Shown: positions 1 to 13,700 of the stretch, piece after piece
Numbering within the stretch: the stretch's first letter is position 1
How the letters are laid out: each line of letters opens with the position of its first letter
The notes under the pieces: generated by a model
The model's database searches: none
The model's input: only the letters and a program-made list of their open reading frames with translations
Told to the model about the DNA's origin: nothing
Assembly: GCA_964035545.1 (NCBI GenBank)
Contig: CAXIUT010000103.1
Coordinates: forward strand, 310,001 to 374,000
Length of the DNA: 64,000 nt
Reading direction: 5' to 3'
Source: Bugula neritina
Lineage: Eukaryota; Animalia; Bryozoa
Made by a program: the position numbers and the translations under genes

Positions 1-894
1 TGATGCCTGCTTCAAAGACACCAGTGCTTAGTTACTGTGTTAAATGTATTGGCACGTTGCCATGAGATATTTGGTAATATTTCGCATCACAACAAACTCT
101 TCAGAAAGTTAAGAAAATCAGTCTAGAAAGTTAATGAAATAAACCTACCAGAGAGAGTAAGCCAGATGTAACAAGTAGATCCAAAACAAGTTGATTAACA
201 ATTGAAGTTGAAATCTCCATGTAGTCAACACTTTAGTCCTAATGTCAAATGCAAACGTCTGCAACCAAACTGTGTAGACTTCATGAGCTGGTTAGCTGAC
301 AGGACTCATTAAAGTTCTTGACTCTTGTGTGTATAGTGATGCCCATCTTGAACCAGAGAAGGCTGACTGAAGACTGCTACTTTGTGAAAATTGACAATGC
401 ATATTATTATTATTCATTGTTGAGATTCACGACTGCCATACACAATGATAAAATATTCATTGTTGGTACTACTGAGTAGAATAAAATATAATATAATATT
501 ATTTTCTGGACAGATAAATAATATCAAATGCATATTATAACTTACCATAAATCTACAGTGCTTCACATCTTCACCTTTTTCTGCAATGTTATTTCTTTGC
601 AGTTAGAAGTACTAGCTGAATATATGACTATGAAACATAACCCTTCAATTCCATCGCACCAGCACCAGTTGCAAGATAGGTGTGTTGGGAGTTATCTTTC
701 CCATAATTTTGTTCTTGGTGTTTATACGAAGCAGACACAGGCTAATATTAGTTTTGTTATTTGCAAGAGTTTTTCTGTCTGATTGTCCATCAGCAAAAGT
801 TTGCGCCTTGCAGTTATTATGGAAATACCAGTGATGCTCGAAGACCTTTGCATTGTACATCCGCTTTTACTATTGAATTTAGATGTTTTATTTT

Positions 895-923
895 CCCATC
901 CCCTCTCCTGCCCCCCTGTCCCC
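895..923 (-). other. Putative G-quadruplex motif, one per monomer (left-arm representative)
   Basis: The minus strand reads GGGG-ACA-GGGGGG-CAGGAGA-GGGG-AT-GGG, which fits the four-run G3+N1-7 pattern. Folding is not demonstrated. Confidence 0.7.
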
Positions 924-1812
924 TCTAACAACCAGCAATCCTGACTTATGTGAATTTTGTTATTGTTCTAGAGTTGGCCCATGGGTCTACAGTATACGAT
1001 TTGAAGCTTTATAGTTTACAGGCAGTGGAGATGAGTCACTGCTGAAACCCAATTTATTAGTAGACTATATTGCTCTTCAATCATCAGTTTTCATATTAAA
1101 AGAGAAAACTCATCTGCAGCGCCATTTCACAGTGTTATATTTTGCTAGAGCAATAACTAATTTTAGATGCCTTTGCAAACATATGAGAAATAAATGAGTC
1201 ATTCTATGAAAAGAGGTGTTTGCAGCACTTGTCCACTTTTGATTTACACGCAGCATGGAAACTTTTGTAGTTTTAAATAATATCTCCAAACTCATCACTT
1301 GCATGTGTTTAGATACTTGATAAATTTTTTTATGCAAAACTTGATGCCTGCTTCAAAGACACCAGTGCTTAATTACTGTGTTAACTGTATTGGCACGTTG
1401 CCATGAGATATTTGGTAATATTTCGCATCACAACAAACTCTTCAGAAAGTTAAGAAAATCAGTCTAGAAAGTTAATGAAATAAACCTACCAGAAAGAGTA
1501 AGCCAGATGTAACAAGTAGATCCAAAACAAGTTGATTAACAATTGAAGTTGAAATCTCCATGTAGTCAACACTTTAGTCCTAATGTCAAATGCAAACGTC
1601 TGCAACCAAACTGTGTAGACTTCATGAGCTGGTTAGCTGACAGGACTCATTAAAGTTCTTGACTCTTGTGTGTATAGTGATGCCCATCTTGAACTAGAGA
1701 GGGCTGACTGAAGACTGCTACTTTGTGAAAATTGACAATGCATATTATTATTATTCATTGTTGAGATTCACGACTGCCATAAACAATGATAAAATATTCA
1801 TTGTTGGTACTA

Positions 1813-1980
1813 GTGAGTAGAATAAAATATAATATAATATTTTCTTGACAGATAAATAATATCATATAGAGAATCTAACTTGCCATAACTCTACAGTGCT
1901 TCACCTCTTCAACTTTTCCGGCAATGTTATTTTTTTCTAGTTAGAAGTACTAGCTGAATATAGGACTATGAAACATAGCC
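1813..1980 (+). repeat. Divergent 'B-type' sub-block of the monomer (also at ~4492-4659)
   Basis: B reads ATCATATAGAGAATCTAACTTGCCATAACTC...AACTTTTCCGGCAATG where A reads ATCAAATGCATATTATAACTTACCATAAATC...ACCTTTTTCTGCAATG. I count about 19 substitutions plus a 3-bp deletion in ~170 bp. Confidence 0.95.
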
Positions 1981-2279
1981 CTTCAATTTCATTGCACCAG
2001 CACCGGTTGCAAGATAGGTGTGGTGGGAGTTATCTTTCCTAAAAGTTTGTTCTTGGCGTTTATACGAAGCAGACACAGGCTAATATTAGTTTTGTTATTT
2101 GCAAGAATTTTTCTGTCTGATTGTCCGTCAGCAAAAGTTTGCGCCTTGCAGTTATTATGGAAATACCAGTGATGCTGGAAGACCTTTGCATTGTACATCC
2201 GCTTTTACTATTGAATTTAGATGTTTTATTTTCCCATCCCCTCTCCTGCCCCCCTGTCCCCTCTAACAACCAGCAATCC

Positions 2280-2539
2280 TGACTCATGTGAATTGTGTTA
2301 TTGTTCTAGAGTTGGCCCATGGGCCTACAGTATACGATTTGAAGCTTTATAGTTTACAGGCAGTGGAGATGAGTCACTGCTGAAACCCATTTTATTAGTA
2401 GACTATATTGCTCTTCAATCATCAGTTTTCATATTAAAAGAGAAAGCTCATCTGCAGCGCCATTTCACAGTGTTATATTTTGCTAGAGCAATAACTAATT
2501 TTAGGTGCCTTTGCAAACATGTGAGAAATAACTGAGTCA
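2280..2539. promoter_or_regulatory. Cluster of three AP-1/GCN4-type TGA(C/G)TCA motifs per monomer (representative; function unknown)
   Basis: TGACTCA starts at 2280, and TGAGTCA starts at 2370 and 2533. This is a motif match only. Confidence 0.3.
2314..2325. other. 12-bp palindrome GGCCCATGGGCC, one per monomer in most copies
   Basis: Read directly from the sequence. It is broken by single substitutions in some copies (e.g. ~975, 7690, 9030, 37355, 46752). Confidence 0.6.
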
Positions 2540-5500
2540 TTCCATGAAAAGAGGTGTTTGCAGCACTTGTCCACTTTTGATTTACACGCGGCATGGAAAC
2601 TTTTGTAGTTTTAAATAGTATCTCCAAACTCATCACTTGCATGCGTTTAGATACTTGATGAAAATTTTTATGCATAACTTGATGCCTGCTTCAAAGACAC
2701 CAGCGCTTAGTTACTGTGTTAAATGTATTGGCACGTTGCCATGAGATATTTGGTAATATTTCGCATCAGAACAAACTCTTCAGATAGTTAAGAAAATCAG
2801 TCTAGAAAGTTAATGAAATAAACCTACCAGAGAGAGTAAGCCAGATGTAACAAGTAGATCCAAAACAAGTTGATTAACAATTGAAGTTGAAATCTCCATG
2901 TAGTCAACACTTTAGTCCTAATGTCAAATGCAAACGTCTGCAACCAAACTGTGTAGACTTCATGAGCTGGTTAGCTGACAGGACTCATTAAAGTTCTTGA
3001 CTCTTGTGTGTATAGTGATGCCCATCTTGAACTAGAGAGGGCTGACTGAAGACTGCTACTTTGTGAAAATTGACAATGCATATTATTATTATTCATTGTT
3101 GAGATTCACGACTGCCATAAACAATGATAAAATATTCATTGTTGGTACTACTGAGTAGAATAAAATATAATATAATATTATTTTCTGGACAGATAAATAA
3201 TATCAAATGCATATTATAACTTACCATAAATCTACAGTGCTTCACATCTTCACCTTTTTCTGCAATGTTATTTCTTTGCAGTTAGAAGTACTAGCTGAAT
3301 ATATGACTATGAAACAAAACCCTTCAATTTCATTGCACCAGCACCAGTTGCAAGATAGGTGTGTTGGGAGTTATCTTTCCCAAAATTTTGTTCTTGGTGT
3401 TTATACGAAGCAGACACAGGCTAATATTAGTTTTGTAATTTGCAAGAGTTTTTCTGTCTGATTGTCCATCAGCAAAAGTTTGCGCCTTGCAGTTATTATG
3501 GAAATACCAGTGATGCTGGAAGACCTTTGCATTGTACATCCGCTTTTACTATTGAATTTAGATGTTTTATTTTCCCATCCCCTCTCCTGCCCCCCTGTCC
3601 CCTCTAACAACCAGCAATCCTGACTTATGTGAATTTTGTTATTGTTCTAGAGTTGGCCCATGGGTCTACAGTATACGATTTGAAGCTTTATAGTTTACAG
3701 GCAGTGGAGATGAGTCACTGCTGAAACCCAATTTATTAGTAGACTATATTGCTCTTCAATCATCAGTTTTCATATTAAAAGAGAAAACTCATCTGCAGCG
3801 CCATTTCACAGTGTTATATTTTGCTAGAGCAATAACTAATTTTAGATGCCTTTGCAAACATATGAGAAATAAATGAGTCATTCTATGAAAAGAGGTGTTT
3901 GCAGCACTTGTCCACTTTTGATTTACACGCAGCATGGAAACTTTTGTAGTTTTAAATAATATCTCCAAACTCATCACTTGCATGTGTTTAGATACTTGAT
4001 AAATTTTTTTATGCAAAACTTGATGCCTGCTTCAAAGACACCAGTGCCTAATTACTGTGTTAACTGTATTGGCACGTTGCCATGAGATATTTGGTAATAT
4101 TTCGCATCACAACAAACTCTTCAGAAAGTTAAGAAAATCAGTCTAGAAAGTTAATGAAATAAACCTACCAGAAAGAGTAAGCCAGATGTAACAAGTAGAT
4201 CCAAAACAAGTTGATTAACAATTGAAGTTGAAATCTCCATGTAGTCAACACTTTAGTCCTAATGTCAAATGCAAACGTCTGCAACCAAACTGTGTAGACT
4301 TCATGAGCTGGTTAGCTGACAGGACTCATTAAAGTTCTTGACTCTTGTGTGTATAGTGATGCCCATCTTGAACTAGAGAGGGCTGACTGAAGACTGCTAC
4401 TTTGTGAAAATTGACAATGCATATTATTATTATTCATTGTTGAGATTCACGACTGCCATAAACAATGATAAAATATTCATTGTTGGTACTAGTGAGTAGA
4501 ATAAAATATAATATAATATTTTCTTGACAGATAAATAATATCATATAGAGAATCTAACTTGCCATAACTCTACAGTGCTTCACCTCTTCAACTTTTCCGG
4601 CAATGTTATTTTTTTCTAGTTAGAAGTACTAGCTGAATATAGGACTATGAAACATAGCCCTTCAATTTCATTGCACCAGCACCGGTTGCAAGATAGGTGT
4701 GGTGGGAGTTATCTTTCCTAAAAGTTTGTTCTTGGCGTTTATACGAAGCAGACACAGGCTAATATTAGTTTTGTTATTTGCAAGAATTTTTCTGTCTGAT
4801 TGTCCGTCAGCAAAAGTTTGCGCCTTGCAGTTATTATGGAAATACCAGTGATGCTGGAAGACCTTTGCATTGTACATCCGCTTTTACTATTGAATTTAGA
4901 TGTTTTATTTTCCCATCCCCTCTCCTGCCCCCCTGTCCCCTCTAACAACCAGCAATCCTGACTCATGTGAATTGTGTTATTGTTCTAGAGTTGGCCCATG
5001 GGCCTACAGTATACGATTTGAAGCTTTATAGTTTACAGGCAGTGGAGATGAGTCACTGCTGAAACCCATTTTATTAGTAGACTATATTGCTCTTCAATCA
5101 TCAGTTTTCATATTAAAAGAGAAAGCTCATCTGCAGCGCCATTTCACAGTGTTATATTTTGCTAGAGCAATAACTAATTTTAGGTGCCTTTGCAAACATG
5201 TGAGAAATAACTGAGTCATTCCATGAAAAGAGGTGTTTGCAGCACTTGTCCACTTTTGATTTACACGCGGCATGGAAACTTTTGTAGTTTTAAATAGTAT
5301 CTCCAAACTCATCACTTGCATGCGTTTAGATACTTGATGAAAATTTTTATGCATAACTTGATGCCTGCTTCAAAGACACCAGCGCTTAGTTACTGTGTTA
5401 AATGTATTGGCACGTTGCCATGAGATATTTGGTAATATTTCGCATCAGAACAAACTCTTCAGATAGTTAAGAAAATCAGTCTAGAAAGTTAATGAAATAA

Positions 5501-7799
5501 ACCTACCAGAGAGAGTAAGCCAGATGTAACAAGTAGATCCAAAACAAGTTGATTAACAATTGAAGTTGAAATCTCCATGTAGTCAACACTTTAGTCCTAA
5601 TGTCAAATGCAAACGTCTGCAACCAAACTGTGTAGACTTCATGAGCTGGTTAGCTGACAGGACTCATTAAAGTTCTTGACTCTTGTGTGTATAGTGATGC
5701 CCATCTTGAACTAGAGAGGGCTGACTGAAGACTGCTACTTTGTGAAAATTGACAATGCATATTATTATTATTCATTGTTGAGATTCACGACTGCCATAAA
5801 CAATGATAAAATATTCATTGTTGGTACTACTGAGTAGAATAAAATATAATATAATATTATTTTCTGGACAGATAAATAATATCAAATGCATATTATAACT
5901 TACCATAAATCTACAGTGCTTCACATCTTCACCTTTTTCTGCAATGTTATTTCTTTGCAGTTAGAAGTACTAGCTGAATATATGACTATGAAACAAAACC
6001 CTTCAATTTCATTGCACCAGCACCAGTTGCAAGATAGGTGTGTTGGGAGTTATCTTTCCCAAAATTTTGTTCTTGGTGTTTATACGAAGCAGACACAGGC
6101 TAATATTAGTTTTGTAATTTGCAAGAGTTTTTCTGTCTGATTGTCCATCAGCAAAAGTTTGCGCCTTGCAGTTATTATGGAAATACCAGTGATGCTGGAA
6201 GACCTTTGCATTGTACATCCGCTTTTACTATTGAATTTAGATGTTTTATTTTCCCATCCCCTCTCCTGCCCCCCCCCCCCCCGGTCCCCTCTAACAACCA
6301 GCAATCCTGACTCATGTGAATTGTGTTATTGTTCTAGAGTTGGCCCATGGGCCTACAGTATACGATTTGAAGCTTTATAGTTTACAGGCAGTGGAGATGA
6401 GTCACTGCTGAAACCCATTTTATTAGTAGACTATATTGCTCTTCAATCATCAGTTTTCATATTAAAAGAGAAAGCTCATCTGCAGCGCCATTTCACAGTG
6501 TTATATTTTGCTAGAGCAATAACTAATTTTAGGTGCCTTTGCAAACATGTGAGAAATAACTGAGTCATTCTATGAAAAGAGGTGTTTGCAGCACTTGTCC
6601 ACTTTTGATTTACACGCGGCATGGAAACTTTTGTAGTTTTAAATAGTATCTCCAAACTCATCACTTGCATGCGTTTAGATACTTGATGAAAATTTTTATG
6701 CATAACTTGATGCCTGCTTCAAAGACACCAGCGCTTAGTTACTGTGTTAAATGTATTGGCACGTTGCCATGAGATATTTGGTAATATTTCGCATCACAAC
6801 AAACTCTTCAGATAGTTAAGAAAATCAGTCTAGAAAGTTAATGAAATAAACCTACCAGAGAGAGTAAGCCAGATGTAACAAGTAGATCCAAAACAAGTTG
6901 ATTAACAATTGAAGTTGAAATCTCCATGTAGTCAACACTTTAGTCCTAATGTCAAATGCAAACGTCCGCAACCAAACTGTGTAGACTTCATGAGCTGGTT
7001 AGCTGACAGGACTCATTAAAGTTCTTGACTCTTGTGTGTATAGTGATGCCCATCTTGAACTAGAGAGGGCTGACTGAAGACTGCTACTTTGTGAAAATTG
7101 ACAATGCATATTATTATTATTCATTGTTGAGATTCACGACTGCCATAAACAATGATAAAATATTCATTGTTGGTACTACTGAGTAGAATAAAATATAATA
7201 TAATATTATTTTCTGGACAGATAAATAATATCAAATGCATATTATAACTTACCATAAATCTACAGTGCTTCACATCTTCACCTTTTTCTGCAATGTTATT
7301 TCTTTGCAGTTAGAAGTACTAGCTGAATATATGACTATGAAACAAAACCCTTCAATTTCATTGCCCCAGCACCAGTTGCAAGATAGGTGTGTTGGGAGTT
7401 ATCTTTCCCAAAATTTTGTTCTTGGTCTTTATACGAAGCAGACACAGGCTAATATTAGTTTTGTAATTTGCAAGAGTTTTTCTGTCTGATTGTCCATCAG
7501 CAAAAGTTTGCGCCTTGCAGTTATTATGGAAATACCAGTGATGCTGGAAGACCTTTGCATTGTACATCCGCTTTTACTATTGAATTTAGATGTTTTATTT
7601 TCCCATCCCCTCTCCTGCCCCCCCCCCCCGGTCCCCTCTAACAACCAGCAATCCTGACTCATGTGAATTGTGTTATTGTTCTAGAGTTGGCCCAAGGGCC
7701 TACAGTATACGATTTGAAGCTTTATAGTTTACAGGCAGTGGAGATGAGTCACTGCTGAAACCCATTTTATTAGTAGACTATATTGCTCTTCAATCATCA

Positions 7800-10700
7800 G
7801 TTTTCATATTAAAAGAGAAAGCTCATCTGCAGCGCCATTTCACAGTGTTATATTTTGCTAGAGCAATAACTAATTTTAGGTGCCTTTGCAAACATGTGAG
7901 AAATAACTGAGTCATTCTATGAAAAGAGGTGTTTGCAGCACTTGTCCACTTTTGATTTACACGCGGCATGGAAACTTTTGTAGTTTTAAATAGTATCTCC
8001 AAACTCATCACTTGCATGCGTTTAGATACTTGATGAAAATTTTTATGCATAACTTGATGCCTGCTTCAAAGACACCAGCGCTTAGTTACTGTGTTAAATG
8101 TATTGGCACGTTGCCATGAGATATTTGGTAATATTTCGCATCACAACAAACTCTTCAGATAGTTAAGAAAATCAGTCTAGAAAGTTAATGAAATAAACCT
8201 ACCAGAGAGAGTAAGCCAGATGTGACAAGTAGATCCAAAACAAGTTGATTAACAATTGAAGTTGAAATCTCCATGTAGTCAACACTTTAGTCCTAATGTC
8301 AAATGCAAACGTCTGCAACCAAACTGTGTAGACTTCATGAGCTGGTTAGCTGACAGGACTCATTAAAGTTCTTGACTCTTGTGTGTATAGTGATGCCCAT
8401 CTTGAACCAGAGAGGGCTGACTGAAGACTGCTACTTTGTGAAAATTGACAATGCATATTATTATTATTCATTGTTGAGATTCACGACTGCCATACACAAT
8501 GATAAAATATTCATTGTTGGTACTACTGAGTAGAATAAAATATAATATAATATTATTTTCTGGATAGATAAATAATATCAAATGCATATTATAACTTACC
8601 ATAAATCTACAGTGCTTCACATCTTCACCTTTTTCTGCAATGTTATTTCTTTGCAGTTAGAAGTACTAGCTGAATATATGACTATGAAACATAACCCTTC
8701 AATTTCATTGCACCAGCACCAGTTGCAAGATAGGTGTGTTGGGAGTTATCTTTCCCAAAATTTTGTTCTTGGTGTTTATACGAAGCAGACACAGGCTAAT
8801 ATTAGTTTTGTTATTTGCAAGAGTTTTTCTGTCTGATTGTCCATCAGCAAAAGTTTGCGCCTTGCAGTTATTTTGGAAATATCAGTGATGCTGGAAGACC
8901 TTTGCATTGTACACCCGCCTTTACTATTAAATTTAGATGTTTTATTTTCCCCTCCCCTCTCCTGCCCCCCTGTCCCTTCTAACAACCAGTAATCCTGACT
9001 CATGTGAAATGTGTTATTGTTTTAGAGTTGGACCATGGGCCTACAGTATACGATTTGAAGCTTTATAGTTTACAGGCAGTGGAGATGAGTCACTGCTGAA
9101 ACCCAATTTATTAGTAGACTATATTGCTCTTCAATCATCAGTTTTCATATTAAAAGAGAAAGCTCATCTGCAGCGCCGTTTCACAGTGTTATATTTTGCT
9201 AGAGCAATAACTAATTTTAGATGCCTTTGCAAACATATGAGAAATAACTGAGTCATTCTATGAAAAGAGGTGTTTGCAGCAATTGTCCACTTTTGATTTA
9301 CAAGCGGCATGGAAACTTTTGTAGTTTTAAATAATATCTCCAAACTCATCACTTGCATGTGTTTAGATACTTGATAAATTTTTTTATGCAAAACTTGATG
9401 CCTGCTTCAAAGACACCAGTGCTTAATTACTGTGTTAAATCTATTGGCACGTTGCCATGAGATATTTGGTAATATATTTCGCATCACAACAAACTCTACA
9501 GAAAGTTAAGAAAATCAGTATAGAAAGTTAATGAAATAAACCTACCAGAGAGAGTAAGCCAGATGTAACAAGTAGATCCAAAACAAGTTGATTAACAATT
9601 GAAGTTGAAATCTCCATGTAGTCAACACTTTAGTCCTAATGTCAAATGCAAACGTCTGCAACCAAACTGTGTAGAATTCATGAGCTGGTTAGCTGACAGG
9701 ACTCATTAAAGTTCTTAACTCTTGTGTGTATAGTGATGCCCATCTTGTACTAGAGAGGGCTGACTGAAGACTGCTATTTTGTGAAAATTGACAATGCACA
9801 TTATTATTATTCATTGTTGAGATTCACGATTGCCATAAACAATGATAAAATATTCATTGTTGGTACTACTGAGCAGAATAAAATATAATATAATATTATT
9901 TTCTGGACAGATAAGTAATATCAAATGCATATTATAACTTACCATAAATCTACAGTGCTTCACATCTTCACCTTTTTCTGCAATGTTACTCCTTTGCAGT
10001 TAGAAGTACTAGCTGAATATATGACTATGAAACAAAACCCTTCAATTTCATTGCACCAGCACCAGTTGCAAGATAGGTGTGTTGGGAGTTATCTTTCCCA
10101 AAATTTTGTTCTTGGTGTTTATACGAAGCAGACACAGGCTAATATTAGTTTTGTAATTTGCAAGAGTTTTTCTGTCTGATTGTCCATCAGCAAAAGTTTG
10201 CGCCTTGCAGTTATTATGGAAATACCAGTGATGCTGGAAGACCTTTGCATTGTACATCCGCTTTTACTATTGAATTTAGATGTTTTATTTTCCCATCCCC
10301 TCTCCTGCCCCCCCCCCCCCCCGGTCCCCTCTAACAACCAGCAATCCTGACTCATGTGAATTGTGTTATTGTTCTAGAGTTGGCCCATGGGCCTACAGTA
10401 TACGATTTGAAGCTTTATAGTTTACAGGCAGTGGAGATGAGTCACTGCTGAAACCCATTTTATTAGTAGACTATATTGCTCTTCAATCATCAGTTTTCAT
10501 ATTAAAAGAGAAAGCTCATCTGCAGCGCCATTTCACAGTGTTATATTTTGCTAGAGCAATAACTGATTTTAGGTGCCTTTGCAAACATGTGAGAAATAAC
10601 TGAGTCATTCTATGAAAAGAGGTGTTTGCAGCACTTGTCCACTTTTGATTTACACGCGGCATGGAAACTTTTGTAGTTTTAAATAGTATCTCCAAACTCA

Positions 10701-13700
10701 TCACTTGCATGCGTTTAGATACTTGATGAAAATTTTTATGCATAACTTGATGCCTGCTTCAAAGACACCAGCGCTTAGTTACTGTGTTAAATGTATTGGC
10801 ACGTTGCCATGAGATATTTGGTAATATTTCGCATCACAACAAACTCTTCAGATAGTTAAGAAAATCAGTCTAGAAAGTTAATGAAATAAACCTACCAGAG
10901 AGAGTAAGCCAGATGTAACAAGTAGATCCAAAACAAGTTGATTAACAATTGAAGTTGAAATCTCCATGTAGTCAACACTTTAGTCCTAATGTCAAATGCA
11001 AACGTCTGCAACCAAACTGTGTAGACTTCATGAGCTGGTTAGCTGACAGGACTCATTAAAGTTCTTAACTCTTGTGTGTATAGTGATGCCCATCTTGTAC
11101 TAGAGAGGGCTGACTGAAGACTGCTATTTTGTGAAAATTGACAATGCACATTATTATTATTCATTGTTGAGATTCACGATTGCCATAAACAATGATAAAA
11201 TATTCATTGTTGGTACTACTGAGCAGAATAAAATATAATATAATATTATTTTCTGGACAGATAAGTAATATCAAATGCATATTATAACTTACCATAAATC
11301 TACAGTGCTTCACATCTTCACCTTTTTCTGCAATGTTACTCCTTTGCAGTTAGAAGTACTAGCTGAATATATGACTATGAAACAAAACCCTTCAATTTCA
11401 TTGCACCAGCACCAGTTGCAAGATAGGTGTGTTGGGAGTTATCTTTCCCAAAATTTTGTTCTTGGTGTTTATACGAAGCAGACACAGGCTAATATTAGTT
11501 TTGTAATTTGCAAGAGTTTTTCTGTCTGATTGTCCATCAGCAAAAGTTTGCGCCTTGCAGTTATTATGGAAATACCAGTGATGCTGGAAGACCTTTGCAT
11601 TGTACATCCGCTTTTACTATTGAATTTAGATGTTTTATTTTCCCATCCCCTCTCCTGCCCCCCCCCCCCCGGTCCCCTCTAACAACCAGCAATCCTGACT
11701 CATGTGAATTGTGTTATTGTTCTAGAGTTGGCCCATGGGCCTACAGTATACGATTTGAAGCTTTATAGTTTACAGGCAGTGGAGATGAGTCACTGCTGAA
11801 ACCCATTTTATTAGTAGACTATATTGCTCTTCAATCATCAGTTTTCATATTAAAAGAGAAAGCTCATCTGCAGCGCCATTTCACAGTGTTATATTTTGCT
11901 AGAGCAATAACTAATTTTAGGTGCCTTTGCAAACATGTGAGAAATAACTGAGTCATTCTATGAAAAGAGGTGTTTGCAGCACTTGTCCACTTTTGATTTA
12001 CACGCGGCATGGAAACTTTTGTAGTTTTAAATAGTATCTCCAAACTCATCACTTGCATGCGTTTAGATACTTGATGAAAATTTTTATGCATAACTTGATG
12101 CCTGCTTCAAAGACACCAGCGCTTAGTTACTGTGTTAAATGTATTGGCACGTTGCCATGAGATATTTGGTAATATTTCGCATCACAACAAACTCTTCAGA
12201 TAGTTAAGAAAATCAGTCTAGAAAGTTAATGAAATAAACCTACCAGAGAGAGTAAGCCAGATGTGACAAGTAGATCCAAAACAAGTTGATTAACAATTGA
12301 AGTTGAAATCTCCATGTAGTCAACACTTTAGTCCTAATGTCAAATGCAAACGTCTGCAACCAAACTGTGTAGACTTCATGAGCTGGTTAGCTGACAGGAC
12401 TCATTAAAGTTCTTGACTCTTGTGTGTATAGTGATGCCCATCTTGAACCAGAGAGGGCTGACTGAAGACTGCTACTTTGTGAAAATTGACAATGCATATT
12501 ATTATTATTCATTGTTGAGATTCACGACTGCCATACACAATGATAAAATATTCATTGTTGGTACTACTGAGTAGAATAAAATATAATATAATATTATTTT
12601 CTGGATAGATAAATAATATCAAATGCATATTATAACTTACCATAAATCTACAGTGCTTCACATCTTCACCTTTTTCTGCAATGTTATTTCTTTGCAGTTA
12701 GAAGTACTAGCTGAATATATGACTATGAAACATAACCCTTCAATTTCATTGCACCAGCACCAGTTGCAAGATAGGTGTGTTGGGAGTTATCTTTCCCAAA
12801 ATTTTGTTCTTGGTGTTTATACGAAGCAGACACAGGCTAATATTAGTTTTGTTATTTGCAAGAGTTTTTCTGTCTGATTGTCCATCAGCAAAAGTTTGCG
12901 CCTTGCAGTTATTTTGGAAATATCAGTGATGCTGGAAGACCTTTGCATTGTACACCCGCCTTTACTATTAAATTTAGATGTTTTATTTTCCCCTCCCCTC
13001 TCCTGCCCCCCTGTCCCTTCTAACAACCAGTAATCCTGACTCATGTGAAATGTGTTATTGTTTTAGAGTTGGACCATGGGCCTACAGTATACGATTTGAA
13101 GCTTTATAGTTTACAGGCAGTGGAGATGAGTCACTGCTGAAACCCAATTTATTAGTAGACTATATTGCTCTTCAATCATCAGTTTTCATATTAAAAGAGA
13201 AAACTCATCTGCAGCGCCGTTTCACAGTGTTATATTTTGCTAGAGCAATAACTAATTTTAGATGCCTTTGCAAACATATGAGAAATAACTGAGTCATTCT
13301 ATGAAAAGAGGTGTTTGCAGCAATTGTCCACTTTTGATTTACAAGCGGCATGGAAACTTTTGTAGTTTTAAATAATATCTCCAAACTCATCACTTGCATG
13401 TGTTTAGATACTTGATAAATTTTTTTATGCAAAACTTGATGCCTGCTTCAAAGACACCAGTGCTTAATTACTGTGTTAAATCTATTGGCACGTTGCCATG
13501 AGATATTTGGTAATATATTTCGCATCACAACAAACTCTACAGAAAGTTAAGAAAATCAGTATAGAAAGTTAATGAAATAAACCTACCAGAGAGAGTAAGC
13601 CAGATGTAACAAGTAGATCCAAAACAAGTTGATTAACAATTGAAGTTGAAATCTCCATGTAGTCAACACTTTAGTCCTAATGTCAAATGCAAACGTCTGC

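Larger units (their letters stand above)
850..6260 (+). repeat. Dimeric (A+B) higher-order duplication, period 2679 bp
   Basis: Units alternate 1341/1338 bp. ORF pairs 1110/3789, 1989/4668, 2448/5127 and 3207/5886 are all offset by 2679 and give identical peptides. Boundaries are approximate. Confidence 0.9.

Noticed and set aside
56-69. RFX X-box-like GTTGCCATGAGATA
   Set aside because: Only one half-site matches the consensus, which is compatible with chance.
480-505. Pure A/T stretch (AATAT-like units, AATAAA) as poly(A) signal or TATA box
   Set aside because: This is low-complexity AT sequence with no associated transcription unit, and such matches are expected by chance.
1-1341. Monomer as a degenerate transposase/RT fragment or alternative-code gene
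   Set aside because: The frames I translated by hand are stop-rich, including TGA as well as TAA/TAG, and show no motif I recognise. No TIRs, LTRs or TSDs are evident. A Dfam/Repbase search would be decisive.
1-1341. Tandem RNA-gene unit (5S, tRNA, U1/U2 snRNA, spliced-leader RNA, C/D snoRNA)
   Set aside because: The unit size is compatible, but only short fragments match (ACTTACC, GTGATGA, GTTCAAGA, ATG|GTAAGT), without the downstream conserved sequence or structure. An Infernal/Rfam scan would settle it.
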